Source of the DNA: a virus
Taxonomy: Duplodnaviria; Caudoviricetes
Strand: one strand, 5' to 3'
DNA: 26,080 nucleotides
IMG/VR virus record: IMGVR_UViG_3300005764_000075
Coordinates: 1 to 26,080 of that record
The first letter of the stretch is position 1; each line of letters opens with the position of its first letter. Made by a program: the position numbers and the translations under genes. This document shows, one piece after another, positions 9,232-17,653 of the stretch. The notes under the pieces were generated by a model. The model was not told where the DNA came from and searched no databases. It was given only the letters and a program-made list of their open reading frames with translations.

Positions 9232-9533
9232 CGGTACTTGATTTGCAGCGCCGCCCACTCCCAATCGCTGCCGCTCATTTGTCGGATAGTCGATGGTGGC
9301 ACCGCCGCCAATAACGACATCATCTGCGTCATCGCCTTGGTATCATAACGCTCGGCTGGCGGATCGGTGGTGAAGTCGATGATGACAGGACTTCCGGCGC
9401 GCTCGATATCAGCACCGGTCGGCTCACGAAAGACCAGCTTCGTCGTTTCTTCGCCGTTGGCGATGACGGCTTTCTGCAGTGTCACTTCCAGCGAGTTTGC
9501 GCCATTAAGCGGCTTTTTTTCATCCTCGGCCAT
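9204..9533 (-). CDS. Tail assembly chaperone (Mu gp41-like)
   Basis: LVFREPTGADI...VPPSTIRQMSGSDW motif; lies between tube and tape measure. Confidence 0.85.
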   Translation of the reverse strand: MAEDEKKPLNGANSLEVTLQKAVIANGEETTKLVFREPTGADIERAGSPVIIDFTTDPPAERYDTKAMTQMMSLLAAVPPSTIRQMSGSDWEWAALQIKYRFFLPGRQM

Positions 9534-9534
9534 T

Positions 9535-10152
9535 TTACGATCCTATTTCGTCACACGTGATCCCTTCGAATCGGATGCGAGTCTGGCCCTCGCGAGTGTT
9601 GAGTTCAAGTGCCGAGCGGCACCATGCCTCGCGCAAGACGTAGGTCTTGCCATTGGCCAGTTCCGCCGTCACCGTCGCTTGCGTCACAGCTTCCACGTCG
9701 TCCATCGACAGCAACGGGTCGAGCGACACGTCGCCTTCGATGTACGGCACGCGCGGCAGTTCGCTGTAACCATGGATGTAGTCCTGTCCCGCGATGCCAG
9801 CGCGTTCCAGCGCCGATGGCGAGACGGTGAAGTTGCCCCTCAAAGGGTAGAGGCTGCCGTCGACTTTTAGGAAGGCGATCCAATTTCTTCGCAACGACTC
9901 GCTAAGTCGTTACCGCCTTTCGGCTGCTACATATTCCTATGCAGTGGAGACTATGTCATCACCCTCGGAAGAGGGGCCGGGCGCTTCGGGCCGCTTGGCC
10001 CTACGATCTTTCGATCTAGTCGTTGCACCTTCCGCCTTTGCGGCAGCTTGGCTCAAAGTTGTCCGATCTGGACGTTCTTTGAATTCACCCGGATTTGTTC
10101 GGTATCGATTGCTCGATAGAGGGGCCAATTAACCCGCAATTCGTTGCGCCAT
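9535..10152 (-). CDS. Tail tube protein, spliced: exon 1 10152-10132 and exon 2 9879-9535 (121 aa)
   Basis: Exon 1 MAQRIAG has an AAGGAG RBS and is followed by an in-frame TAA. Joining it to exon 2 gives MAQRIAGIAFLKVDGSLYPLRGNFTVSPS..., a coherent Mu-like tube protein. Confidence 0.88.
9880..10131 (-). ncRNA. Group I self-splicing intron, probably subgroup IA2, no internal ORF
   Basis: The 5' exon ends in U with P1 GGGU/GCCC, and the intron ends in G. Core elements: P AAUUCAAAGAA, Q CAACUUUGAGCCAAG, R GCAACGACUA (10026-10017), S GACAUAGUC (9957-9949). P3 CCGGGU/GCCCGG. Two hairpins lie between P7 and P3' (GAUC-GAAA-GAUC, GGGCC-AAGC-GGCCC). P8 CCCUC/GAGGG. Confidence 0.93.
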
Positions 10153-10837
10153 TCTCTTTCTCCTTTGTTGGAAACCGACGGATTCTTTTCCGCCAATTCT
10201 GATTTCCAAGGCCCTTGCCAGTACGCCCGGCGCTAATATTAGCGCGCTGTTCAGGCGACAACTTTGCACCAAGCCTTGTGCGCTTCCCGCGCATCCGCAG
10301 AGAAATTGCATCACGTTGCTCTTGCGGCATGATGCGTCCTGCTGCGTTTTTATTTCCGACAGCGTACTTATTTCCGAGCATTTTTACCCGACGTTTGGCG
10401 CGCTCTTGTTCGGACTGTTTCTGGCCAGTCCGGCTTTTATTGCCCAAAGCAAGCCGACCAAATTTAGCTCGCAACTCTAGTGACCTGTTTGCGTGAGCCG
10501 CGCGCTTCCGCGCGAGCGTTTCTTCGGAATCTTTGCGACCTATTTGATTTGCGCTAATTTTTCTTCGCACTTCTGGTGAATAAGTTTTACCAGACGTGCC
10601 GCCAGAATTTGCATTCCATCCAATGCCAGCCGTTGGCCGATATCCAATCTCTTTTTCAAGACATTTATTCCGTGTGCCTACAAAAAGAATTTCTACGCCA
10701 TCAAATTTGAATCGCCCTTTTGATCGGTGTTCACTCAAACGCTGTTGAAGTTTATTTGTGATGCCAACATAGCCATCATTTTCTGGAACGCTGCAGTTGA
10801 CATCATAAAGCCAGTAGACACAGCATTGTTCAGCCAT
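10085..10837 (-). CDS. GIY-YIG homing endonuclease with NUMOD3-like repeats
   Basis: VYWLY...YVGIT...RLSEH...E...N motif set; basic repeats (GKTYSPEVRRKIS, GRKDSEETLARK, GAKLSPEQRANIS); GGAGG RBS; visibly more AT-rich than its neighbours. Confidence 0.88.
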   Translation of the reverse strand: MAEQCCVYWLYDVNCSVPENDGYVGITNKLQQRLSEHRSKGRFKFDGVEILFVGTRNKCLEKEIGYRPTAGIGWNANSGGTSGKTYSPEVRRKISANQIGRKDSEETLARKRAAHANRSLELRAKFGRLALGNKSRTGQKQSEQERAKRRVKMLGNKYAVGNKNAAGRIMPQEQRDAISLRMRGKRTRLGAKLSPEQRANISAGRTGKGLGNQNWRKRIRRFPTKEKENGATNCGLIGPSIEQSIPNKSG

Positions 10838-10865
10838 TTGAAACCTCCAGCGTTTCGAGTGGTTA

Positions 10866-10912
10866 GAATCGGCGCGATGATTTCAGGCACCGCGCCGATT
10901 CGCATTATATCA
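10866..10912 (-). promoter_or_regulatory. Candidate extended -10 promoter (TGnTATAAT) and leader hairpin for the endonuclease
   Basis: The minus strand reads TGATATAAT at 10912-10904, followed by the inverted repeat GAATCGGCGCG...CGCGCCGATTC. Confidence 0.5.
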
Positions 10913-12421
10913 GATGATCGCTGTATCACCCCTATTGTACTGCAAACGGAACTGAGCAAGCACGGCGAAGATTCGTAAAGCGTTGACCAAATCCGGCGGA
11001 TAAAGGACGTTCAATCTATTAGGGTCCTGTGAATCGCGCTCGACGATCAGGTTGTCCTTGAACGCTTGCGCATTTTCCACCAGACCGTTGAACTCGTCGA
11101 AGCGATATTGCGCGACCAGTTCAGCCTTGATTGTCTTCGGCGTAACGATAGCCTGCCCGGCCCCGAAACGCGTCCCATCATCCGCTAGTTTGTGACGCGG
11201 ATATTTCGACGTGATCGCCTGCCGCTGATTGCGTATCAGCTTGGCCAAGGTTGCCAGCGTCGTGACGTCGGTATAGGCGTCATCGCTCTGGCCGTAGAGG
11301 TTGACCGTCGCTGTCGTCGTTTCCCGGGCGATCACCGGAACGCCATCGGCATAGGTTCGCTGCGTGGCCAATCCGGCTGTCGATAGCGTGTTCAGTTCCG
11401 GCGTATTAAAGCGGGTCTGATTCGGCGCTGGCAGCAGACCCTCCAGATGCAACGATTGCAATGGACGCGCCGGATCGTTGGACAGCGCGCGAGCCGCCTT
11501 GCCGCAATAGGCCGCCGCCCACATGAAGTTGGGCGACTGCGCCGTATCCTCGACGGCGAGCACCGACAGTTGCGCCGAGTTGCGCGTCCCGCCGAATGCC
11601 AAGACCGTGGAGTAGGTGCCACGCAGGCAAGTGAAGATGTGGCCATAGAGTTGCCGCAACCAGCCCCAGCGCCCGTTATCAGAGAAACCGAATTCGGTTT
11701 CCCATGCCGTCAGCGAGTTGCTGTCGGTCTCGGCGATAGCAACGAACTCAACCGCCGTTTCACCGAGATTGGCGATGGCGTTGGTGAAGCTCGGTACGCC
11801 AGCGCCGCCAGCGGGCTGTACGATGGTCAGCGTCAAGCCGGTCGGCAAAATCTCGCCGCCGATTGCGCCGTAATAGTTGTATGTGATGTCGACATCGTTG
11901 CCGCTCACACCTTTCCATTTCACATTGACCGGACACAGGCCAGCCGCCACGGTGCCTTTGACCACCGGCAAATTCGGATTGGCCGCGATGGCATTACCGA
12001 TGTTAGTGGCAACGATGCTCACGGTGTCACCGGCTTGCACCGCAACCGGCACATGGATGCCAGCGATGTAAAGATCAATCGTGCCAGCCGCCGTCGGCGG
12101 TGACGCCACCGTGATCGAACCGGCGGCTGCGGTCGAGCCTTCCAAGACCGGCAGGCCCCACACCTCTTGGCTGAAGTTGTTGGCAAAGAATGCCGTGAAC
12201 ATCATCGCCAGTTGCGAGCCTTGGCCGAATGCCGCATCGGCCTGCGCCTGCGAGGCAATCGGCAGCGGCACGTCCTGCGCAGCGGTGCCAGCCGTCAGTT
12301 TGATGCCGACCAGCAGCGCTGGCATTCGGATGATGGATGAACCGGCTTTCGATGGGTCCACCTCGACGTAGTAGAGCGGAATTCTCCAGCCAGCCGGGAT
12401 GTTGTTGAAGCTAACGGGCAT
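10910..12421 (-). CDS. Tail sheath protein (Mu gpL-like)
   Basis: MPVSFNNIP..RIPLYYVEVD start, DPARPLQSL, KYPRHKLADDGT, RLNVLYPPDLVNALRIFA end; 503 aa. Confidence 0.95.
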   Translation of the reverse strand: MPVSFNNIPAGWRIPLYYVEVDPSKAGSSIIRMPALLVGIKLTAGTAAQDVPLPIASQAQADAAFGQGSQLAMMFTAFFANNFSQEVWGLPVLEGSTAAAGSITVASPPTAAGTIDLYIAGIHVPVAVQAGDTVSIVATNIGNAIAANPNLPVVKGTVAAGLCPVNVKWKGVSGNDVDITYNYYGAIGGEILPTGLTLTIVQPAGGAGVPSFTNAIANLGETAVEFVAIAETDSNSLTAWETEFGFSDNGRWGWLRQLYGHIFTCLRGTYSTVLAFGGTRNSAQLSVLAVEDTAQSPNFMWAAAYCGKAARALSNDPARPLQSLHLEGLLPAPNQTRFNTPELNTLSTAGLATQRTYADGVPVIARETTTATVNLYGQSDDAYTDVTTLATLAKLIRNQRQAITSKYPRHKLADDGTRFGAGQAIVTPKTIKAELVAQYRFDEFNGLVENAQAFKDNLIVERDSQDPNRLNVLYPPDLVNALRIFAVLAQFRLQYNRGDTAII

Positions 12422-12422
12422 G

Positions 12423-12623
12423 TCACTGCTCCTTCGTTGTCTTACGTGACGGCTCTTTCTGCTCCGCTTTCGGTTCGGCCAGCGTCACATCGCCGTCCCT
12501 GAGTCTGCGTGTCGTGAACTGATCATCCGGCCAGTTCGCCGGACCCTCTTCTGGAAACGCACCGCCGATAGGATGCTTGAGCAGCTTCCGCATGGCGTCG
12601 TCTTTCGGCAAAACTTTGGGCAT
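12423..12623 (-). CDS. Small protein preceding sheath (DUF2635-like)
   Basis: HP....PEEG..WPDDQFTTRRLRDGDV pattern and position. Confidence 0.7.
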   Translation of the reverse strand: MPKVLPKDDAMRKLLKHPIGGAFPEEGPANWPDDQFTTRRLRDGDVTLAEPKAEQKEPSRKTTKEQ

Positions 12624-12632
12624 CGTTCGCTC

Positions 12633-13280
12633 CTATTGGTCCATGTCCCATTCGGCAATGATCGGTTGCCGGTTCGGATCGTCGTCGGGGTACACTTCTT
12701 TGAAATGGACGGTTTCCAGCATATCGGGCACCAGCGGCTCGTAGATGATCGCGCCAAGATCGATGGTCAGGTTGAATTGCAGTTCAGCCACCGGCAATTC
12801 GTTGTTCTGCCCGACATGCCCGAAGACGTGCGTGCGCCGCCCGCGCGTGTAGCCCTGAATCTTGAAATCCTTGTTGTAGATATTGTTCAGCTTTGGGTCT
12901 TTGAACAGGCCACGGCTGATGACCTGATAGGCATCGTCCAGCGTAAGCTCGGCTCGCTCTGGATCATTGTTTTCGATCATTACCGAAAACCCTAGCTGCA
13001 CCAGCGAATGAAAGCGCGGCTCGCCGGAATCGGCCAAACCATCCGGCGATAAACTTTCATCGACAAAATAAACCGCCGCATAGGGAATGTGATTGGGCAT
13101 CACGCGAAAGGCTTTAGACGTCGCAAACATAAACCCGCTGAAAAACGGAAACCCCTTCATGCGCGTTATCACCGCATCACGCAGCGCCATCCCTTCCGAG
13201 CGGGGAATTTGCTGGATGGCCGGTAGCTTGCCGTGCGCATGAAGTTGCCGCGCCAGCGGCTTTTTAATGACTGTCGTCAT
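12633..13280 (-). CDS. Putative tail terminator/completion protein
   Basis: 215 aa ORF between head-tail joining gene and sheath; assignment mainly by synteny. Confidence 0.55.
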   Translation of the reverse strand: MTTVIKKPLARQLHAHGKLPAIQQIPRSEGMALRDAVITRMKGFPFFSGFMFATSKAFRVMPNHIPYAAVYFVDESLSPDGLADSGEPRFHSLVQLGFSVMIENNDPERAELTLDDAYQVISRGLFKDPKLNNIYNKDFKIQGYTRGRRTHVFGHVGQNNELPVAELQFNLTIDLGAIIYEPLVPDMLETVHFKEVYPDDDPNRQPIIAEWDMDQ

Positions 13281-13624
13281 GGCTTCTTCGTCAGCACCTT
13301 GCGCAGCGTTAACGTGGTTTCGCCGCCGCCGTTGGTGACCGCATCGATGATTTCATATTCGCCCAGTTCCGGCATGCCGTCAGCTTCGGGAATGAAGATG
13401 TGATCGCGCTGCACCGGCAAAGTGGCGAATTCGGTTTCCAGAATATCAAGAATGGTTTTCTGGTCAGACAGGATCGCGCCATCCTCGCTCAGCACGTCGA
13501 GCGGCACGGTGTTGAAGATGCCGCGCCCGAGAAACGCATCGCCGATTAGCGGCATGAACGTCACGTCGCGCGCGAAAACTTGGTAGCACGGCTCGTAGAC
13601 CACTTCGGGAAAGTTGATGGCCAT
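13277..13624 (-). CDS. Head-tail joining/head closure protein (lambda FII-like)
   Basis: 115 aa; RGIFN, PVQRD.I, GGGETTLTL pattern; synteny. Confidence 0.65.
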   Translation of the reverse strand: MAINFPEVVYEPCYQVFARDVTFMPLIGDAFLGRGIFNTVPLDVLSEDGAILSDQKTILDILETEFATLPVQRDHIFIPEADGMPELGEYEIIDAVTNGGGETTLTLRKVLTKKP

Positions 13625-13891
13625 TTATTCCTCGTCGAAGATATCCTGAAAATGTGCGGCAAATGATTTCGGCGTCAGTTCGGCTTTCTCGATGGGCGGG
13701 CGCTTGCCGATGAAGCGGCGCTTGCCGGATTTCAGTCGGCGGATGCGGCGGAAGCGCACGCGCCTGTCCCGGCGTTGATGCTCGAAACGACGCTTGACCT
13801 TTTTTGTAAGGCGTTCGCCGAGATCGAAACCTTTTTTCTCCAGCGCATCGGCCCATTTGCCAAGATCGCCAGTTGTCATTTCGATCTTCAT
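13625..13891 (-). CDS. Hypothetical basic neck-region protein (88 aa)
   Basis: ATG 13891 overlaps the upstream TGA (ATGA); Arg/Lys-rich; fills the operon gap exactly. Confidence 0.55.
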   Translation of the reverse strand: MKIEMTTGDLGKWADALEKKGFDLGERLTKKVKRRFEHQRRDRRVRFRRIRRLKSGKRRFIGKRPPIEKAELTPKSFAAHFQDIFDEE

Positions 13892-14538
13892 ACCGGGAAC
13901 CGCATGAAGTGTCGCAGCAGATCGAACACCGCGCGCTGCGTTGCGCTGCCGATCATGCCCAGCGTGCCAGCCCCGGCACCGCCGAGCAGCGCGTTGGGAT
14001 CGAAGTACGCCACGCGGCTCTCCTTGTGCGAAATCAATCGGACGCCACCGGTCACGAGGCCGCGCTGCGCCTGAATGTAAGCCTCGCGTGTCAGCAGCAG
14101 GCACGACTGCTGCACCGCCAGCGGCGCTTTCACCGGCACCTCGTAGCCGCCGATATAGGTCACCGTCACCGGCTCGGCCCATGGCCCGTTGACGGCGTAG
14201 AGCGTGCCGGATCGCGAATCGAGATCGTACTGGATGTCGGTGCCGCCATCGGTCGTCACGCTGTCGATGTCGGACTGCTCGACCGGATAATGCGAGAGAA
14301 AAATCCGCTTGTCAGAACGCCAGTTGATCTCGCGGAAGGTCTCGCTGACTTTCTCGCGCGCAAAAATCCGGTTGCAGTAAGTCTCTATTTCGCCCGATGC
14401 CCACTTGATGAACAGTTGAATCATGTCATCGCGCGTGGCGTCGGACTGCGCGATCTTCAGCGCGGTCTTGGCATCATATAGCGTCACCAAGGAATGGTCC
14501 GGAGCCTCTTCGATGACGCGCATGGTGATCTGCATCAC
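13888..14538 (-). CDS. Head-tail connector (gp6-like)
   Basis: LVTLYDAKTALKI..D..D....I..AS..IETYCNRIF and VTVTYIGGY..P motifs. Confidence 0.8.
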   Translation of the reverse strand: MMQITMRVIEEAPDHSLVTLYDAKTALKIAQSDATRDDMIQLFIKWASGEIETYCNRIFAREKVSETFREINWRSDKRIFLSHYPVEQSDIDSVTTDGGTDIQYDLDSRSGTLYAVNGPWAEPVTVTYIGGYEVPVKAPLAVQQSCLLLTREAYIQAQRGLVTGGVRLISHKESRVAYFDPNALLGGAGAGTLGMIGSATQRAVFDLLRHFMRFPV

Positions 14539-15881
14539 GATCCCCGCAGACTGTCGAACACTTCGAACAGATCGCGCATCGACAAGGGCGCGCCGCGCTC
14601 GCCGTCACTCAGGAGCGGAACGACAATGAAATTCCGCCGATCAATTTCCCATCCGGCGACCTCACGGCCGGGCGCGCCTTGCTCTCCGCGTGGTCCAGCC
14701 GGTCCACGCTCGCCGGGCTTGCCGGTCTTGCCGACCGGACCCGACTTCCAGCCGGGGCCGGGACATGGACCCGGGTTGTCGTGCTTGGCGACAAACCAAC
14801 TTGCATTGAGCGTGACGATGTCGAGCGCATGGTAATTTTCATTTGCATCGTAGGTGTCCTTTATCGTCAAAGAGCGGCCGTCATGACCATCGTTGCCGTC
14901 AACGCCGGGCGCTGCCAGACAAATCCAGTCCGCAACTTTTGAATTACCGGCATTCGGCTGCGGCTCGCGGGCCGTATCGAACTGTGCCTGATATGTGCCG
15001 CCCTTGTGCACGACTACGTCACCTTCGTAATGCACGCGCTCGGTCCACGCTTTCGCGGGCGGCAATTTGCCGGGCCGTCCTTCCGGTCCCTGCGGACCTT
15101 GCGGACCGGGATCGCCCTTCAGGCCGGGTGCTCCGTCTTTTCCGGCTGGTCCTGCGGGACCGGTTGCTCCGATAATGGTTTCTCCGGGCTCGCCTCGCTC
15201 ACCTCGCTCACCTCGTTGTCCGGCTGCTCCGATGTTGCCTGTTGCTCCGGTCGGCCCGGCTGGTCCGTCTTGTCCGGCTGGTCCGGTTTCTCCTGCGGGT
15301 CCTGCTGGCCCGGCTGGTCCGGCGATACCGGCGGGGCCGGGGCTTCCGTCGAATCCTTTTTCCCCCTTTTCCCCCGCTTGCCCCTGCGGCCCGCATGGAC
15401 CGGCAGGGCCGACAATAGTTTCTCCCGCTTCGCCTTGCGCGCCGCGTTCGCCGCGTTCGCCTTTTTCGCCCGGCGCGCCCGGATAACCCCTCTCGCCTTG
15501 CGCGCCTTGCGCGCCTGTTTCGCCTTTTGCCCCCGCTTCGCCTTGCGGCCCGTCCTTCCCATCTGCGCCATCCTTTCCATCTTTGCCGTCGTGTAATTCC
15601 GCCAAGCGCTGGGCGATCTCGCCGTCCAGCTTCATGGTGAGCAGTTGATGCGTGGCCTTGATCTCGGCAACAAGTTCAAGATTGGCCGCACGCAAAGTCG
15701 CGATGACTTCGCGTGATTGTGCGGCCATCAAATCGTATTCCCGCCGCCACTCGCGCCGCTGCTCGGAAATGACAAAGCCCAACGCCTCGCGTAATGCGTC
15801 AGGCAGTGTGTCGTCTATCGTATTGTTCTGCGGTGCTGAGAAGACTGCGGGCATAGTGCTGTCCGCGTTCCCTGCTGTCAT
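14535..15881 (-). CDS. Collagen-like (Gly-X-Y repeat) protein
   Basis: Long Gly-X-Y run (~15070-15590) after a helical N-terminus. Probable start ATG 15881 after AAGGA, overlapping the portal 3' end; alternative start 15854. Confidence 0.8.
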   Translation of the reverse strand: MTAGNADSTMPAVFSAPQNNTIDDTLPDALREALGFVISEQRREWRREYDLMAAQSREVIATLRAANLELVAEIKATHQLLTMKLDGEIAQRLAELHDGKDGKDGADGKDGPQGEAGAKGETGAQGAQGERGYPGAPGEKGERGERGAQGEAGETIVGPAGPCGPQGQAGEKGEKGFDGSPGPAGIAGPAGPAGPAGETGPAGQDGPAGPTGATGNIGAAGQRGERGERGEPGETIIGATGPAGPAGKDGAPGLKGDPGPQGPQGPEGRPGKLPPAKAWTERVHYEGDVVVHKGGTYQAQFDTAREPQPNAGNSKVADWICLAAPGVDGNDGHDGRSLTIKDTYDANENYHALDIVTLNASWFVAKHDNPGPCPGPGWKSGPVGKTGKPGERGPAGPRGEQGAPGREVAGWEIDRRNFIVVPLLSDGERGAPLSMRDLFEVFDSLRGS

Positions 15882-17286
15882 TGGCAAAATCCTTTTGAGC
15901 CGGTTTTGGCGGCGGTTCGCCCGCTGCCGGTGCCGGTGGTGCCGGTGGGACAGGTGACTTCGTGCCAGCCGCGCCGACCGGCGACGTCGGCGGTGCTGTT
16001 GCGGGAACCTGTCCACCAATGACGCCCGGGATCGCCGCTGCTGCCGATAGGGGCACTTGTTGCTGTTGCATTCTCGGCTCCCCACCGAACGGTTTTTCGG
16101 GCAGATCAAATTCGTCGCGTGCTTCATTCGGCGATTGGATGCCTGACGTGACTGCGCGCGCATGCGCCTCGATGCGCGTCTTAAAATCGGAACGCAGCAA
16201 CGCGGCGGTGTCGAATTCCAGATACTCGTGCGGCAACCCTTCAAGCTGGAACAGCTTGCCGAACGCCTCTTCGATGTGGTTGAGGCAGAAGCCCAAGCCG
16301 GAAGCGATCCAGCTTTGCATCAGCGCTTCGGTCGAACCCATCGGAGCGCCGCCGATGCCGAGTATCTGCAACGGGATGCGATAGGCCAGCGCGATCTTCT
16401 GGTCGCTCAGCTTCATGATGTCGGCGAGTTGCGATTGTTCTGGCGTTGACGTGATCGTTTGCGCCTTCAGTCCTGCGGTCAGCACCGCCGTGCCGCCCGC
16501 ATTCAAGCCACTCGCCTGCTCGTTCCAGCGGTCGCGCAGCGCGGCGACCTGATCCTTGTCCAAGACCATGTCGGTCTGCAACACCGTCGAGGGCCGCGCC
16601 TGATTGAGATAGAACCTGATCTGTTGCCCGACGATTGCGTCGGTCAGCATGACATCGCGGGCGATGGCCATCAGCGGACTGTCGCCGCGCAATTCGTCGT
16701 ATGACGTATGCAGCCGTATATGCAGCACGTCGCGCTCGGGCACGATCAGCGGATATTCCGGCAGCAGCTTCTGCACAATTTTGTTGCCGCCAAGGCTGTA
16801 AAACACTTCGCCGGTTTCGGCGACGAGGGCTTGGCATTGCTGCGGCTTCATCAGATGTAGTGAAGAAATTTCAAAGCGATTATTGCGTAGAGCAAGAGCG
16901 TAGCAATTACCATCCAGATAAAGAGAGCGCGTCCCATTGAGCATGAAGTCCGAAATCGTCTGATAGGCATTCGGCACGCGCAGGATGCGCGAGAGGTCCG
17001 ACGTCATGATGCGATTGCGCCCGCCATTGTCGAGCTTGATCCAGTGGTCGCCGGGCAGCATGGCGACGGTTTCCGCATAGGCGGACACGCAGGCTTCGAC
17101 CAGCGCCGATGGCGAATAGCCGCCGGTCAGCGTGTAGCCGTCCTGCCACCAGTTCAGATTGTTGCCGACGCTGGCGGGCAGAACTCCGCCCGAGACCGGG
17201 AGGAACCAAGGTCCCGGGCGATACTGGCCTTCCAAGCCGATCATGCGCTGGACAGTTGCCAGCGCGCGCGAGAGTACGTTCGCCAC
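15799..17286 (-). CDS. Portal protein, HK97 family
   Basis: PNAYQT..F......LYLDGNCY, DVLHIR, G.SPL, IALAYRIP, SPNEAR motifs. Confidence 0.95.
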   Translation of the reverse strand: MANVLSRALATVQRMIGLEGQYRPGPWFLPVSGGVLPASVGNNLNWWQDGYTLTGGYSPSALVEACVSAYAETVAMLPGDHWIKLDNGGRNRIMTSDLSRILRVPNAYQTISDFMLNGTRSLYLDGNCYALALRNNRFEISSLHLMKPQQCQALVAETGEVFYSLGGNKIVQKLLPEYPLIVPERDVLHIRLHTSYDELRGDSPLMAIARDVMLTDAIVGQQIRFYLNQARPSTVLQTDMVLDKDQVAALRDRWNEQASGLNAGGTAVLTAGLKAQTITSTPEQSQLADIMKLSDQKIALAYRIPLQILGIGGAPMGSTEALMQSWIASGLGFCLNHIEEAFGKLFQLEGLPHEYLEFDTAALLRSDFKTRIEAHARAVTSGIQSPNEARDEFDLPEKPFGGEPRMQQQQVPLSAAAAIPGVIGGQVPATAPPTSPVGAAGTKSPVPPAPPAPAAGEPPPKPAQKDFANDSRERGQHYARSLLSTAEQYDRRHTA

Positions 17287-17589
17287 TTATTTTTTCTCGT
17301 GTGCGACCGGCGTTGCTGTTCTGGTTTTGTAGCTGCCACCGCTGCCGCCAGCTTCCAAGGCTCGCACTTTTTCGAATGCTTCGGCATTGGCCTTCTCGGT
17401 CTTTTCTGCCGCTTCGGCGTAGGCCGCCATGCGCTCGTCTTCGGCCTTGCGCCAAGCTTCATAGTCGACCGGATGCAGCGCCCGCTGCACTTCTTCGGTG
17501 GTCGGATGCACAACAGCGTCATCCTCGCCCCGCATATCCTGCCGTGGCTTTTCGATGACGTGCTTCGCTGTCGATTTTGCTTCAGGCAT
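17287..17589 (-). CDS. Hypothetical protein (100 aa) between capsid and portal
   Basis: ATG after GAAAGGA; stop abuts the portal start; ends GSYKTRTATP. Confidence 0.65.
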   Translation of the reverse strand: MPEAKSTAKHVIEKPRQDMRGEDDAVVHPTTEEVQRALHPVDYEAWRKAEDERMAAYAEAAEKTEKANAEAFEKVRALEAGGSGGSYKTRTATPVAHEKK

Positions 17590-17653
17590 AGCTCGATCCT
17601 TTCTGTCTGACAAAAATATACGCGCGGGTTTAACGCCCGCGCGCAGCATTCGA

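Noticed and set aside
9535-9894. ORF-track tube start (MRRNWIAF...)
   Set aside because: The TTG start lies inside the intron without an RBS; the spliced MAQRIAG exon explains the gene better.
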